A DNA stretch of 23,841 nucleotides, taken from contig CAYOFR010000024.1 in assembly GCA_964403475.1 (NCBI GenBank), forward strand, positions 1 through 23,841. The letters are read 5' to 3'. The notes beneath the pieces are model-generated. The model ran no database searches, was not told where the DNA came from, and saw nothing but the letters and a program-made list of their open reading frames with translations. The translations under genes were made by a program, and so were the position numbers. Shown here piece by piece: positions 7,697-16,074 of the stretch; position 1 is the stretch's first letter, and every line of letters begins with the position of its first letter. Source of the DNA: an uncultured Candidatus Saccharibacteria bacterium. GTDB taxonomy: Bacteria > Patescibacteriota > Minisyncoccia > Phycocordibacterales > CALRHW01.

Positions 7697-9143
7697 GTTT
7701 TTTTCTAACATACAAAAAAGAAAAAATTAAATACAAAATAAAAACTAGCCACGGGGAAACCTGTGGCAAGTTTATGTAAGCGAAAGGTAAACCGGAAAAT
7801 ATTTCAACGACCAAAAGCATATACTGCAACAATAAATAAGAAAAATAACCAAAAATTAAAGAAAGAAAACCGCTAAAAAAACCTACCATACCAGTGACAA
7901 AACTCAGCGCCATCGCTATTGGCACAGCCAATAGTACAAGTAGATTGGTGACAAGAGAAACAATAGATACCATACCTGTCATATAGATAAGTAAAGGCAA
8001 AAGAAAAATTTGCGTAGCAAGTGTGGAAGCAACAGTAGAACGAATACCAAATTTTTCAGGCAAAAAACAAAGTTTTTTCTCAAAAAATGGAGAGCAAACC
8101 ACAAGAGCAAATGTTGCCATACAAGAGAGCTGAAAAGATGGATCTGATAAAAGGATAAGTGGGTTATGAAAAACCATTACAGAAGCAGCGAGAAAAAGTG
8201 CGCGCAAAATATCGTAATTACGTCCAGTCGCTCTACCAACAAGAGCAATACATGACATTATCGAAGCGCGCACCACAGTCGCCCCACTACCAGTAATAAG
8301 GGCAAAAGCAAAAATGCCCAAGATCCCACCGATAACTCCAGCAAACTTTGGTAGAAAAGAGAAAACTTTTACGATAAACTCAGCCACTATCGTCACGTTA
8401 TATCCAGATAGCACCACGACATGAACAAGTCCAGACTGACGAAAAGCATCAGTGAGCTCCTTACCCAAAGAATGTTTAGCACCAAGTAAAATACCTCCAG
8501 CGAGAGAAGAATGTGGCTCAGGAATAACTTTTTGTATATTCTCAATAAAATATTTTTTAAATCTAAAAAGATAATTCAAGAGAAAATTTCCATGACCACG
8601 ATCTATTATAAAAATGTCCGGCCGATAAATCTGATATCCTATACCATCTTTTTTTAAATAAGAAATATAATCAAACTCCCTACCGGTATTTGTCTCAAAA
8701 TTTTCAGGCAACTCTAAAAGACCCGATATTTTTACTCTGTCGCCATAAGCAAAATCATTGCCCAGTGGAACATTTACCAAGATTTTATATTTAGAATCAT
8801 CTGGAGCCACAACCAGACGCATACCACTTTCTCTGACATCGGGCTCATCTACCAAAATACCGCTGATTTCTATTTTTTCACCGACATAATCCTCAAAAAT
8901 ATCTTTTGTAAAAGGATGAGCAACAAAAGAATGCCTGGTAACACCAGCAAATATACAAAAAACTAAAACACTAAATAAAAATATTGAAGGAAATTTTTTC
9001 CTAAGAAAAGTAAAGGTTAAAAACAAAAGAAAAGAAACAAGAAAACAGTACAAACAAAAAATAAAAGAAAATTTTAAGAGAGAATCGATAGCAACGCCAC
9101 ACAAAAAACCAATCAAGACAACATAGAGAAAATTATCGCGCAT
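7671..9143 (-). CDS. comEC: ComEC/Rec2 DNA-uptake channel protein (DUF4131 OB-fold region plus competence membrane domain). It lacks the fused MBL domain. Its 3' end overlaps the convergent SOD gene by 26 bp.
   Basis: 490 aa, polytopic. The competence-domain region is ...LAGGILLGAKHSLGKELTDAFRQSGLVHVVVLSGYNVTIVAEF...GSGATVVRASIMSCIALVGRATGR... The ORF ends at 7671 while the SOD ORF ends at 7696. Confidence 0.8.
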   Translation of the reverse strand: MRDNFLYVVLIGFLCGVAIDSLLKFSFIFCLYCFLVSFLLFLTFTFLRKKFPSIFLFSVLVFCIFAGVTRHSFVAHPFTKDIFEDYVGEKIEISGILVDEPDVRESGMRLVVAPDDSKYKILVNVPLGNDFAYGDRVKISGLLELPENFETNTGREFDYISYLKKDGIGYQIYRPDIFIIDRGHGNFLLNYLFRFKKYFIENIQKVIPEPHSSLAGGILLGAKHSLGKELTDAFRQSGLVHVVVLSGYNVTIVAEFIVKVFSFLPKFAGVIGGILGIFAFALITGSGATVVRASIMSCIALVGRATGRNYDILRALFLAASVMVFHNPLILLSDPSFQLSCMATFALVVCSPFFEKKLCFLPEKFGIRSTVASTLATQIFLLPLLIYMTGMVSIVSLVTNLLVLLAVPIAMALSFVTGMVGFFSGFLSLIFGYFSYLLLQYMLLVVEIFSGLPFAYINLPQVSPWLVFILYLIFSFLYVRKKLKQASLPP

Positions 9144-9187
9144 TCATAAAATATAGTGCGTCGATATAAATTTTAATTAAATAAATA

Positions 9188-9922
9188 TTAAAGTTTTTTC
9201 CAATCAGCGATTATGCTTTTTTCTTCTGTCTCGCTAAGGGCTTTTTTAAATTTTGCACCTCGCACACCCTTTACACGGCCTTCACATTCCCCCCAAGTAG
9301 AATGCGTCTCTATCACTCCATTTACCATACTTATATATGAATAAGCTTTCGCTTTGGATCTGTTTTTTGCTTCACTTCTATCTTTTTTTTGTGCCAACTG
9401 TTCATCATCCATAGAAATGTTTTTGACATCATATTTGTAGTCAGAAATATTTCCAGAAAAAAGCTGAGGCACTTCATTTGTAGCAAATCCAGATGCTATC
9501 TCATCAACCCTTTCGTTGCCAGCAATCCCTATGTGACCACCAACATAATTCCATTTAATTTTCCCAATAAATTTTTGAGTAAATAAATCTAACTTTTCCC
9601 ACAAATCCCTATTTACCACATCATCTTTCTGTAAAGTCTTCCAACTTCTTTTTTTCCAACCGAAAATCCATTTTGTAATTCCATTTATTACGTACCTTGA
9701 ATCCGTATAAATACTTATTTCAGAAATATCTATATTTTTTTTCGATATATTTTCAAGAGCAGAAATGGCACCAACAAGCTCCATTCTGTTGTTGGTTGTG
9801 TGTTTTTCTGCGCCCCCAAGCTCTGTCACACTATCTCCCACCACCAACACAGCACCCCAACCACCAGGACCTGGGTTACCTTTTGACGCACCATCACTAA
9901 AGATAATTACTTTTTCTTTCAT
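9188..9922 (-). CDS. rnhA: Ribonuclease HI with a C-terminal extension of about 90 aa that resembles an RNase H1 hybrid-binding domain (HBD).
   Basis: The N-terminal 150 aa read IIFSDGASKGNPGPGGWGAVL...TNNRMEL...IYTDSRYVINGITKW...W.K..W.....V.N.DLWEKL......W.YVGGHIGIAGNERVDEIA, i.e. the DEDD RNase HI catalytic core. The tail reads ...KAYSYISMVNGVIETHSTWGECEGRVKGVRGAKFKKALSETEE..., which matches the HBD pattern W-ec...V.G...A.fK.f. Confidence 0.85.
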   Translation of the reverse strand: MKEKVIIFSDGASKGNPGPGGWGAVLVVGDSVTELGGAEKHTTNNRMELVGAISALENISKKNIDISEISIYTDSRYVINGITKWIFGWKKRSWKTLQKDDVVNRDLWEKLDLFTQKFIGKIKWNYVGGHIGIAGNERVDEIASGFATNEVPQLFSGNISDYKYDVKNISMDDEQLAQKKDRSEAKNRSKAKAYSYISMVNGVIETHSTWGECEGRVKGVRGAKFKKALSETEEKSIIADWKKL

Positions 9923-9924
9923 TT

Positions 9925-11658
9925 CTAAACAATAATATCAACGACCCTCAAACGCAATTCTGGATAATTTTTAAACATAGACTTTTCAAAAGTCGCGACT
10001 AGGTTTATTTTCATACCAGCAGTGAGACTTTCTCTACGTTGCACAGAAGCAAAAAAACAAATAGCCGACACGCTCTTTCCTTGGGAAGGAGTAAAACGAA
10101 GTTCTAAATGGTTTTTTTCTTTACCAAAAATTTTGGCTTCTTTTATTACGATTTGCTCAAATAGAAAAAGAGGTTTTGGATTACCTACACCAAAAGGCGC
10201 GAGTTTCTCTATCATTTTATAAGTATTCCAATTCACATCATCAATAGACAACTTTCTATCAATCAATATCTTTTCCATATCATAGGCACCAGACTTTTCA
10301 CGAAGTTTTTCATAAGCTTCTACTATTTTTTCTTCTAGTGTATGAATATTTTCATGAGAGACCGCAAAACCTCCAGACATCTTGTGTCCACCGAAATGCA
10401 AAAAAGAATCTTTTGTTGCCTCCATTAATTCAACGACACTTATTGATCCATCAGAACGACATGAGCCCTTTATAGTAGAACCACCCTCTCGCCCCCACAG
10501 AAAAACAGTGGCTCCGTAATCATCCTTTAATGTGTTTGCCGCCAAACCGAGCAGAGAAGGTTTCCAATCGGGATTACCTATTACCACCACTTTTTTCATG
10601 GTGCCATTTTCTACACGATGAGTAAGAATTTTTTTTATTTCTTTTACCATTGAAGCCACTATCCCCTTTCTTTCATCATTTATATTATTTAAATGAGCGC
10701 TCAGCATTCCCGCTTCCACAACATCACGAGTGGAAAGAAGTTTGAAAGCGTCGAGAGGAACACCCATTCTAGAAGCCGCATTTATACGTGGAGAAATCGT
10801 AAAGCCAATATCATCCTCAGAAATGTGACGCTGATTTGTTTTTACTGTGCTCAAAAGTTTGAGCAATCCGACACGTGGAGAAATACGTAACACCTTTAGA
10901 CCATAGAAAGCAAAAACACGATTTTCACCAATCAAAGGCACCATATCAGAAAGAGTTGCTAGCCCAACCATATCAAGAAGCCACTTTTCCCAACCATGAC
11001 GCATTTCTTTTACCATGTCTCTTTGTCGCATTGTATAAACAAGACCCTGAACAAACTTAAAAATCACACCAGAACCACAAAGTATTTTTTCTGGATACTG
11101 ACAATCTGATTGTTTAGGATTTAAAATTGCATAAGCATTTGGAATATCACTACCAGCTTCATGATGATCTGTAATAATTACATCAATACCGAGCTCTATA
11201 GCCCTTCTTACAGCCAGAACGTCTGTTATACCGCAATCAATTGTGATGACTAGATTTGCCCCATTTTTTGCAAACTCATCTATGGCTTCTACATGCAGAC
11301 CAAAACCCTCATCGATGCGATGCGGTATATAATTTTCAAAATTTTCATAACCAATTTTTTTAAAAAGATCATGGAGAACAACAGCACCAGGAATACCATC
11401 AGCATCATAGTCACTATAAATAATTACCTTCTGTTTTTCTGCTATAGCTTTTAGCACACGCTCGACAGCCTTTTCCATATCTTTCATCCTAAAAGGATGA
11501 TGATTGTCACGATCATAGTCTGGATTTAAAAATTGTTCTGCTTGTTCACGATTAGATATACCCCTAGCACGAAGCAAATCTCGAAGTAGCTCAGGGTAAA
11601 CATTCATTTCATCTTCTAGTGTCTGCGGAAAGTTTTCCCTAAGTAAATATTGATTCAT
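9925..11658 (-). CDS. recJ: Single-stranded-DNA-specific exonuclease RecJ (DHH/DHHA1 phosphoesterase plus C-terminal OB fold)
   Basis: 577 aa with IIYSDYDADGIPGAVVLH (DHH motif I), ITIDCGI, IITDHHE (DHH motif), and the GGHKMSGGFAV motif of the DHHA1 domain. It sits 2 bp upstream of rnhA. Confidence 0.9.
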   Translation of the reverse strand: MNQYLLRENFPQTLEDEMNVYPELLRDLLRARGISNREQAEQFLNPDYDRDNHHPFRMKDMEKAVERVLKAIAEKQKVIIYSDYDADGIPGAVVLHDLFKKIGYENFENYIPHRIDEGFGLHVEAIDEFAKNGANLVITIDCGITDVLAVRRAIELGIDVIITDHHEAGSDIPNAYAILNPKQSDCQYPEKILCGSGVIFKFVQGLVYTMRQRDMVKEMRHGWEKWLLDMVGLATLSDMVPLIGENRVFAFYGLKVLRISPRVGLLKLLSTVKTNQRHISEDDIGFTISPRINAASRMGVPLDAFKLLSTRDVVEAGMLSAHLNNINDERKGIVASMVKEIKKILTHRVENGTMKKVVVIGNPDWKPSLLGLAANTLKDDYGATVFLWGREGGSTIKGSCRSDGSISVVELMEATKDSFLHFGGHKMSGGFAVSHENIHTLEEKIVEAYEKLREKSGAYDMEKILIDRKLSIDDVNWNTYKMIEKLAPFGVGNPKPLFLFEQIVIKEAKIFGKEKNHLELRFTPSQGKSVSAICFFASVQRRESLTAGMKINLVATFEKSMFKNYPELRLRVVDIIV

Positions 11659-11695
11659 GCATTTATTTTATCACAGCGAAAGGTATAATACAGAT

Positions 11696-12058
11696 ATGGA
11701 AAACTGTATTTTTTGCAAAATAGTAAAAGGAGACATACCTTCACATAAAGTTTACGAGGACAAGGACTTTTTAGCATTTTTAGATATAAATCCACGCTCA
11801 CCAGGACACACACTAGTGATACCGAAAGAACACTATCGCTGGGTGTGGGATGTACCAAACGCCGGAGAATATTTTGAAATTGCAAAAAAGATTGCCACAG
11901 CACAAAAAAAGGCATTCAAAGTAGATCTAGTCGAGGTCAAAGCTGTGGGAGAAGAAGTGCCACATGCTCACATATGGATATTTCCAGATACCAAAAAAGC
12001 TATTGGCGATAAAAAAGATTTTGAGGAAAATATGAGAGTAATAAAAGAAGCTATTTAG
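11696..12058 (+). CDS. HIT-family (histidine triad) nucleotide hydrolase. The start is at the ATG ending 11698. The ORF-track start at 11657 is probably an upstream extension.
   Basis: MENCIFCKIVKGDIPSHKVYEDKDFLAFLDINPRSPGHTLVIPKEH...VPHAHIWIFP, which carries the H-x-H-x-H-xx triad motif. It is divergent from recJ and its 3' end overlaps pgk by 4 nt (convergent). Confidence 0.85.
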   Translation: MENCIFCKIVKGDIPSHKVYEDKDFLAFLDINPRSPGHTLVIPKEHYRWVWDVPNAGEYFEIAKKIATAQKKAFKVDLVEVKAVGEEVPHAHIWIFPDTKKAIGDKKDFEENMRVIKEAI

Positions 12059-13185
12059 TTTTTATTTTTCAAAGCTTCAATACCTGTCAAAGTCCCATTT
12101 GCGAGAAAATCTAGCATTGCACCACCACCAGAAGAGACAAAATTAAATTGCTTTTCTAAACTCATAGAAGCAATGGCAGCAAGAGTATCAGCGCCACCAA
12201 CTACAGACTCAGAAGCACTGTCTGCTATTTTACCCGCCAATTCAAGTGTTCCCTCCTTAAAACCAATTTCAAAATTACCGAGCGGGCCATTCCATAAAAC
12301 ATATTTTGCATCATTAACAAGCTCTGAAAGTTTTAAAAGTGTTTCTGCGCCAGCGTCTACTATTATTTCGCCGTCCCCTACCTCAGAAATAGTTTTTATA
12401 GAAATCTCGTCGCCATTTTTTACAACAACATCAGTCGGTAAAATAATTTTCTTTGTATCAAGCATTTCCTTTAAACCAAAATCACCATCAGACACCGTAG
12501 ACGCGCCTATGTTGTACCCAAGCTCTCTGAAAAAATTGTGAGCAAGAGCCCCACCGACAAATACAATATCGGCGATTTGTAGAAACTTTTTAATCAAAGG
12601 AATTTTTGTATCAAACTTCGCTCCACCTAAAATAAAAACAAAAGGGTGTGGAGGACTAAAGGTTTTTGATAGATGCTCTACTTCACTTTGTAAAAGTAGT
12701 CCCATAAAACCAGGTATATATTTAGGAATTCCAACTATAGAAGCGTGCTCCCTATGTGAAGAAGAAAAAGCCTCGTTTACATAAAAATCGGCCAAATCTG
12801 CTAATGATTTTGCAAAATCCTGATTGTTTTCTTTCTCTCCGGGATAGTTTCTTAGATTTTCAAAAAGAACACTTTCACCGTCTTTTAAATTATTAACAAC
12901 TTCTACAGTATTTTCATCTACATATTTTTCAACAAAAGAAATTGGCATTCTTTCTTTTAGATAATCAAATACTGGCTTTAGTGTTGAAGATTCTTTACCT
13001 TCGCAATGACTCAAAATTATTATTCTTGCGCCACGAGACTGTAAAAGCTCGATAGTTGGCATTGATTTCCTAATACGAAAATCGTTGAAAACTTTTCCAT
13101 CTCTCAGAGGCACATTTAGATCGAGACGCAGAATGACCTTCTTGCCACGCACATTTGTCATTTCTGTAACAGAGTGTGGATTCAT
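12055..13185 (-). CDS. pgk: Phosphoglycerate kinase
   Basis: 376 aa with RLDLNVPL..G, IILSHCEGK (the order-equivalent of the HLGRP motif), and C-terminal GGGA...DTLAA.. motifs. Confidence 0.93.
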   Translation of the reverse strand: MNPHSVTEMTNVRGKKVILRLDLNVPLRDGKVFNDFRIRKSMPTIELLQSRGARIIILSHCEGKESSTLKPVFDYLKERMPISFVEKYVDENTVEVVNNLKDGESVLFENLRNYPGEKENNQDFAKSLADLADFYVNEAFSSSHREHASIVGIPKYIPGFMGLLLQSEVEHLSKTFSPPHPFVFILGGAKFDTKIPLIKKFLQIADIVFVGGALAHNFFRELGYNIGASTVSDGDFGLKEMLDTKKIILPTDVVVKNGDEISIKTISEVGDGEIIVDAGAETLLKLSELVNDAKYVLWNGPLGNFEIGFKEGTLELAGKIADSASESVVGGADTLAAIASMSLEKQFNFVSSGGGAMLDFLANGTLTGIEALKNKN

Positions 13186-13189
13186 TTTT

Positions 13190-13966
13190 TTATTTTACCT
13201 TACTTACAATTTTTACTATATCACCAAAACTCACGGGCTCTAGACTTTGTCTTCCAACCAAAAATCCATCTACCTGACCTGCCTCGATAATATCTTTTGC
13301 ATTTATAGGTGCTACTGACCCACCATACAATACAGGTATCTTTGCAGAATCATCTTTACCATAAATATCTGAAAGTACTTTCTTTATAAAAATAGAAACT
13401 TCTTGTACATCCTTTCCGGCCATCGCATTACTATAGCTCTTCCCTATAGCCCAGACTGGCTCATAGGCAATGATAATGTTTTGTAAATATCTCTTTGGCA
13501 CTTTAGCCAGAGATTCTGTTATCTGATTTTTTAAAAAATCTAAATATTCCCCATTTTCGTTTCTTGTTTTTTCGCCGATACAAAGTATAACTTTCAGATT
13601 TTTCTCTACAGAAGCTCCAACCTTCCTAGCCACAACATCGTTTGTCTCGCCAAGCTCTCTGCGCTCAGAGTGGCCGACAATAACATACTTGCAACCAACA
13701 TCAAAAAGCATTTGAGCACTCACTTCCCCTGTAAAAGAACCGTTCTCTTCCCAAAAGACATCTTGCGAACCAATAGAGATTGATCCGGATGTTTTGTATA
13801 GAGGATAAATAAAAGAAAATGGAGGGCAAATGATTAATTCGACATTTTTTATATTATCTGTAACCCTCCTAATACCTTTAAAAATTTTACGCGCATCTTC
13901 TAAAGTCTGTGGGTTCATCTTCCAGTTACCCACCACAAATCTCTTTCTCTTTGTTACTTTTGCCAT
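13190..13966 (-). CDS. tpiA: Triosephosphate isomerase
   Basis: 258 aa with VVGNWKMN, IVGHSERR, IAYEPVWAIGK and YGGSV, the canonical TIM motifs. Confidence 0.93.
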   Translation of the reverse strand: MAKVTKRKRFVVGNWKMNPQTLEDARKIFKGIRRVTDNIKNVELIICPPFSFIYPLYKTSGSISIGSQDVFWEENGSFTGEVSAQMLFDVGCKYVIVGHSERRELGETNDVVARKVGASVEKNLKVILCIGEKTRNENGEYLDFLKNQITESLAKVPKRYLQNIIIAYEPVWAIGKSYSNAMAGKDVQEVSIFIKKVLSDIYGKDDSAKIPVLYGGSVAPINAKDIIEAGQVDGFLVGRQSLEPVSFGDIVKIVSKVK

Positions 13967-13982
13967 TCAGTTATTTTAACAC

Positions 13983-15458
13983 CTATTCAATCTCTTCCCA
14001 AGACAATATGGTGTATTGATCAGAAGTGAGTGGAAAACTCGGTGGTGGCCCATATAAAAGGCTGGCATCATAGTTTATCTGTCTAGTGTCGTATCCAGTA
14101 CCATCAGTATAGGCAAAACCGTATCTATTATAAGTAGCAAGCATGCCAAACAGAGTGATGGAATTTCTCGTATACCAATTGTTTCCACCAGATTTACAGC
14201 TGGTTCCATAATAATACCTTCCCACTCTACCGTTTTGAGCCACCAAAGCAGCATCTATACGTAGATCGTCTTCACTAACCATACCGACATTTATATCTTT
14301 TTGTGCAATCAGAGAAAGAACATCCTGACCATCATAATTTGTATATTTAAGATCATTGTTCACTGTAATACTTGTCCTAGTAGATGAGTTGTCTGGAAAC
14401 TTACCTGAAGCGATAGTAAGACGAGCTGTGTTTATTGTTCCTTCTATCCATAAATTATCCTCGACAAAAATTATTCCGTTTGATGGAAAGTTTTGGTTTG
14501 ATTGCAAAAGCGTTGTGCCGTTTACACTCCAAGTACCCCACCCGGTCTGACTTTGAGAATTAGAACATCCGTTTGGAGTAGAAACCATTGTATTTACTCT
14601 ATATATATCAAATTTATCTGTAGTCTTTAAAACAATCTTGTACCCCAAGGCGCCAGATCCAGCAAAATACCTACCAGAGGACTGAGCGTCTGATTTCATT
14701 TGTGCTAAATCAGCTGTTAAACCTGTAAAGTCTACTGCTGGCACAGGAAACTGTCTTCCTGCCTCAAAAACGTCAGGTCTACTTGGCACAGGGCTTGTAG
14801 GTGGTGCTTCGGCAGAACGAAATGTATCATTTACGCCACTTGATGGTGGTGCATTTACGTGAGTATGCACAGCAAACTCATTGGCACCACTATGATCTGG
14901 ATCGTCATAAGAAGATAGCGCACTTGATATAACATTGTGCGCCAACCCATCAAATCTTATACCTCCATTTGAGTGTATTGGACCAAAGACTTCTGTACCT
15001 TCTCCAAAACGCATATCTCCATTTGATACAAAAGCAAATTTTGCAAAAGACGCTATCGCAAGTGTTGATTCTATTGTTCTAGATGCACTTGGATCAGCTA
15101 ACACATTTCCAGTGGAACGAATTTTCACAATTGTAGTACCAGTCGGTGGAGGAGTAATTGTTAAAACAAAATTTCCAATAACATTTCCATCTTTATCTGT
15201 AAAATCATGAGTATATGGACCTGGTTGACCAGTGCCATCTTTGTAGTCTTGAGGCGCATGTGCTAAGTGCCATCTATAATAATCAATACCCGCCTCTGCT
15301 ATCTGTATGGCCTGCTCTCTATAAACAGCTCTTTTAGAAAGTTTTATATTAGAAGCACCCCACATTATTAATCCACCCATCACGACGACAGAAATAGAAG
15401 CAAAAACCAAAACCTGTATCACCAAAAAACCACTTTTTTTATATTTTTTAAAAATCAT
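13983..15458 (-). CDS. PilX-N-domain-like large pilus-associated protein (a candidate minor pilin or tip/priming-complex component). It has an N-terminal hydrophobic anchor and no canonical prepilin Glu+5.
   Basis: 491 aa. The N-terminus is KKSGFLVIQVLVFASISVVVMGGLIMWGAS...REQAIQIAEAGIDYY, matching the PilX_N motif ...A.q.AEAGl. The rest is Ser/Thr/Asn/Gly-rich and extracellular. The start ATGA overlaps the upstream pilin gene stop. Confidence 0.55.
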   Translation of the reverse strand: MIFKKYKKSGFLVIQVLVFASISVVVMGGLIMWGASNIKLSKRAVYREQAIQIAEAGIDYYRWHLAHAPQDYKDGTGQPGPYTHDFTDKDGNVIGNFVLTITPPPTGTTIVKIRSTGNVLADPSASRTIESTLAIASFAKFAFVSNGDMRFGEGTEVFGPIHSNGGIRFDGLAHNVISSALSSYDDPDHSGANEFAVHTHVNAPPSSGVNDTFRSAEAPPTSPVPSRPDVFEAGRQFPVPAVDFTGLTADLAQMKSDAQSSGRYFAGSGALGYKIVLKTTDKFDIYRVNTMVSTPNGCSNSQSQTGWGTWSVNGTTLLQSNQNFPSNGIIFVEDNLWIEGTINTARLTIASGKFPDNSSTRTSITVNNDLKYTNYDGQDVLSLIAQKDINVGMVSEDDLRIDAALVAQNGRVGRYYYGTSCKSGGNNWYTRNSITLFGMLATYNRYGFAYTDGTGYDTRQINYDASLLYGPPPSFPLTSDQYTILSWEEIE

Positions 15459-16072
15459 AAATTATCTTTCAAATTTCTTAGAGATACCTGAGAAGTTACT
15501 GTAGAAGGTCCAGGTGGACGGTTTGTATCTTTATCAATTGTAACTAATATCTTTATAAGTCTCACCGAAAGAGTGTTTATAGGTAAAGACATCGGGGATG
15601 TTGTCCCAGAATAACTTGAATCAAAATAACTAAATATCGGTGAGCTTGTAGAATTAACAACACTTGTAATCAACGTTTCTACCTTTTCTGTACCAGTGTA
15701 TCCGACAGGGCTTCCAGAAGGATCAGTCACACCTTTTTTAAGAGTTCCACTTTGTAAAAAATATCTTACCTTCTCTTTTGACCCATCGTTATCTATATCA
15801 CTATAAAAAGTTAGTGTGTTTGTAGCCGCTTGAGCTATAGGATAAGACCCCGCAGCAGAAGGAGACATTGACCTCATCTCACCAACCATTAGACGCAACA
15901 CTCTACCGCCTTCAAACTGAGCGTTCATGCTCCCCTGTAAACTAGAATTGAGAGAAAAAATATCTTTTTGAAATGTAGTAATGCCGACAATAACAAAAGA
16001 CAATATTCCAACCACAACCACAATCTCGGCCAAAGAAATACCTCTATTCTTTTTTGAAATTTTTAAAATCAT
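15455..16072 (-). CDS. Type IV pilin-like protein with a class III (prepilin) signal, PilW/GspJ-like minor pilin
   Basis: 205 aa. The N-terminus is MILKISKKNRGISLAEIVVVVGILSF, with G-ISLAE matching the G-FTLIE cleavage/methylation motif and Glu at +5. A later ...VRYFLQSGTLKKG resembles the GspJ/PilW R.Yyl..g.L.r motif. Confidence 0.65.
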   Translation of the reverse strand: MILKISKKNRGISLAEIVVVVGILSFVIVGITTFQKDIFSLNSSLQGSMNAQFEGGRVLRLMVGEMRSMSPSAAGSYPIAQAATNTLTFYSDIDNDGSKEKVRYFLQSGTLKKGVTDPSGSPVGYTGTEKVETLITSVVNSTSSPIFSYFDSSYSGTTSPMSLPINTLSVRLIKILVTIDKDTNRPPGPSTVTSQVSLRNLKDNL

Positions 16073-16074
16073 TT

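Noticed and set aside
11657-11695. Upstream extension of the HIT gene (MHLFYHSERYNTD...)
   Set aside because: It would overlap the recJ start codon region on the opposite strand. The ATG at 11696 is preceded by aaagg and gives a typical HIT N-terminus (MENCIFCKIV...).
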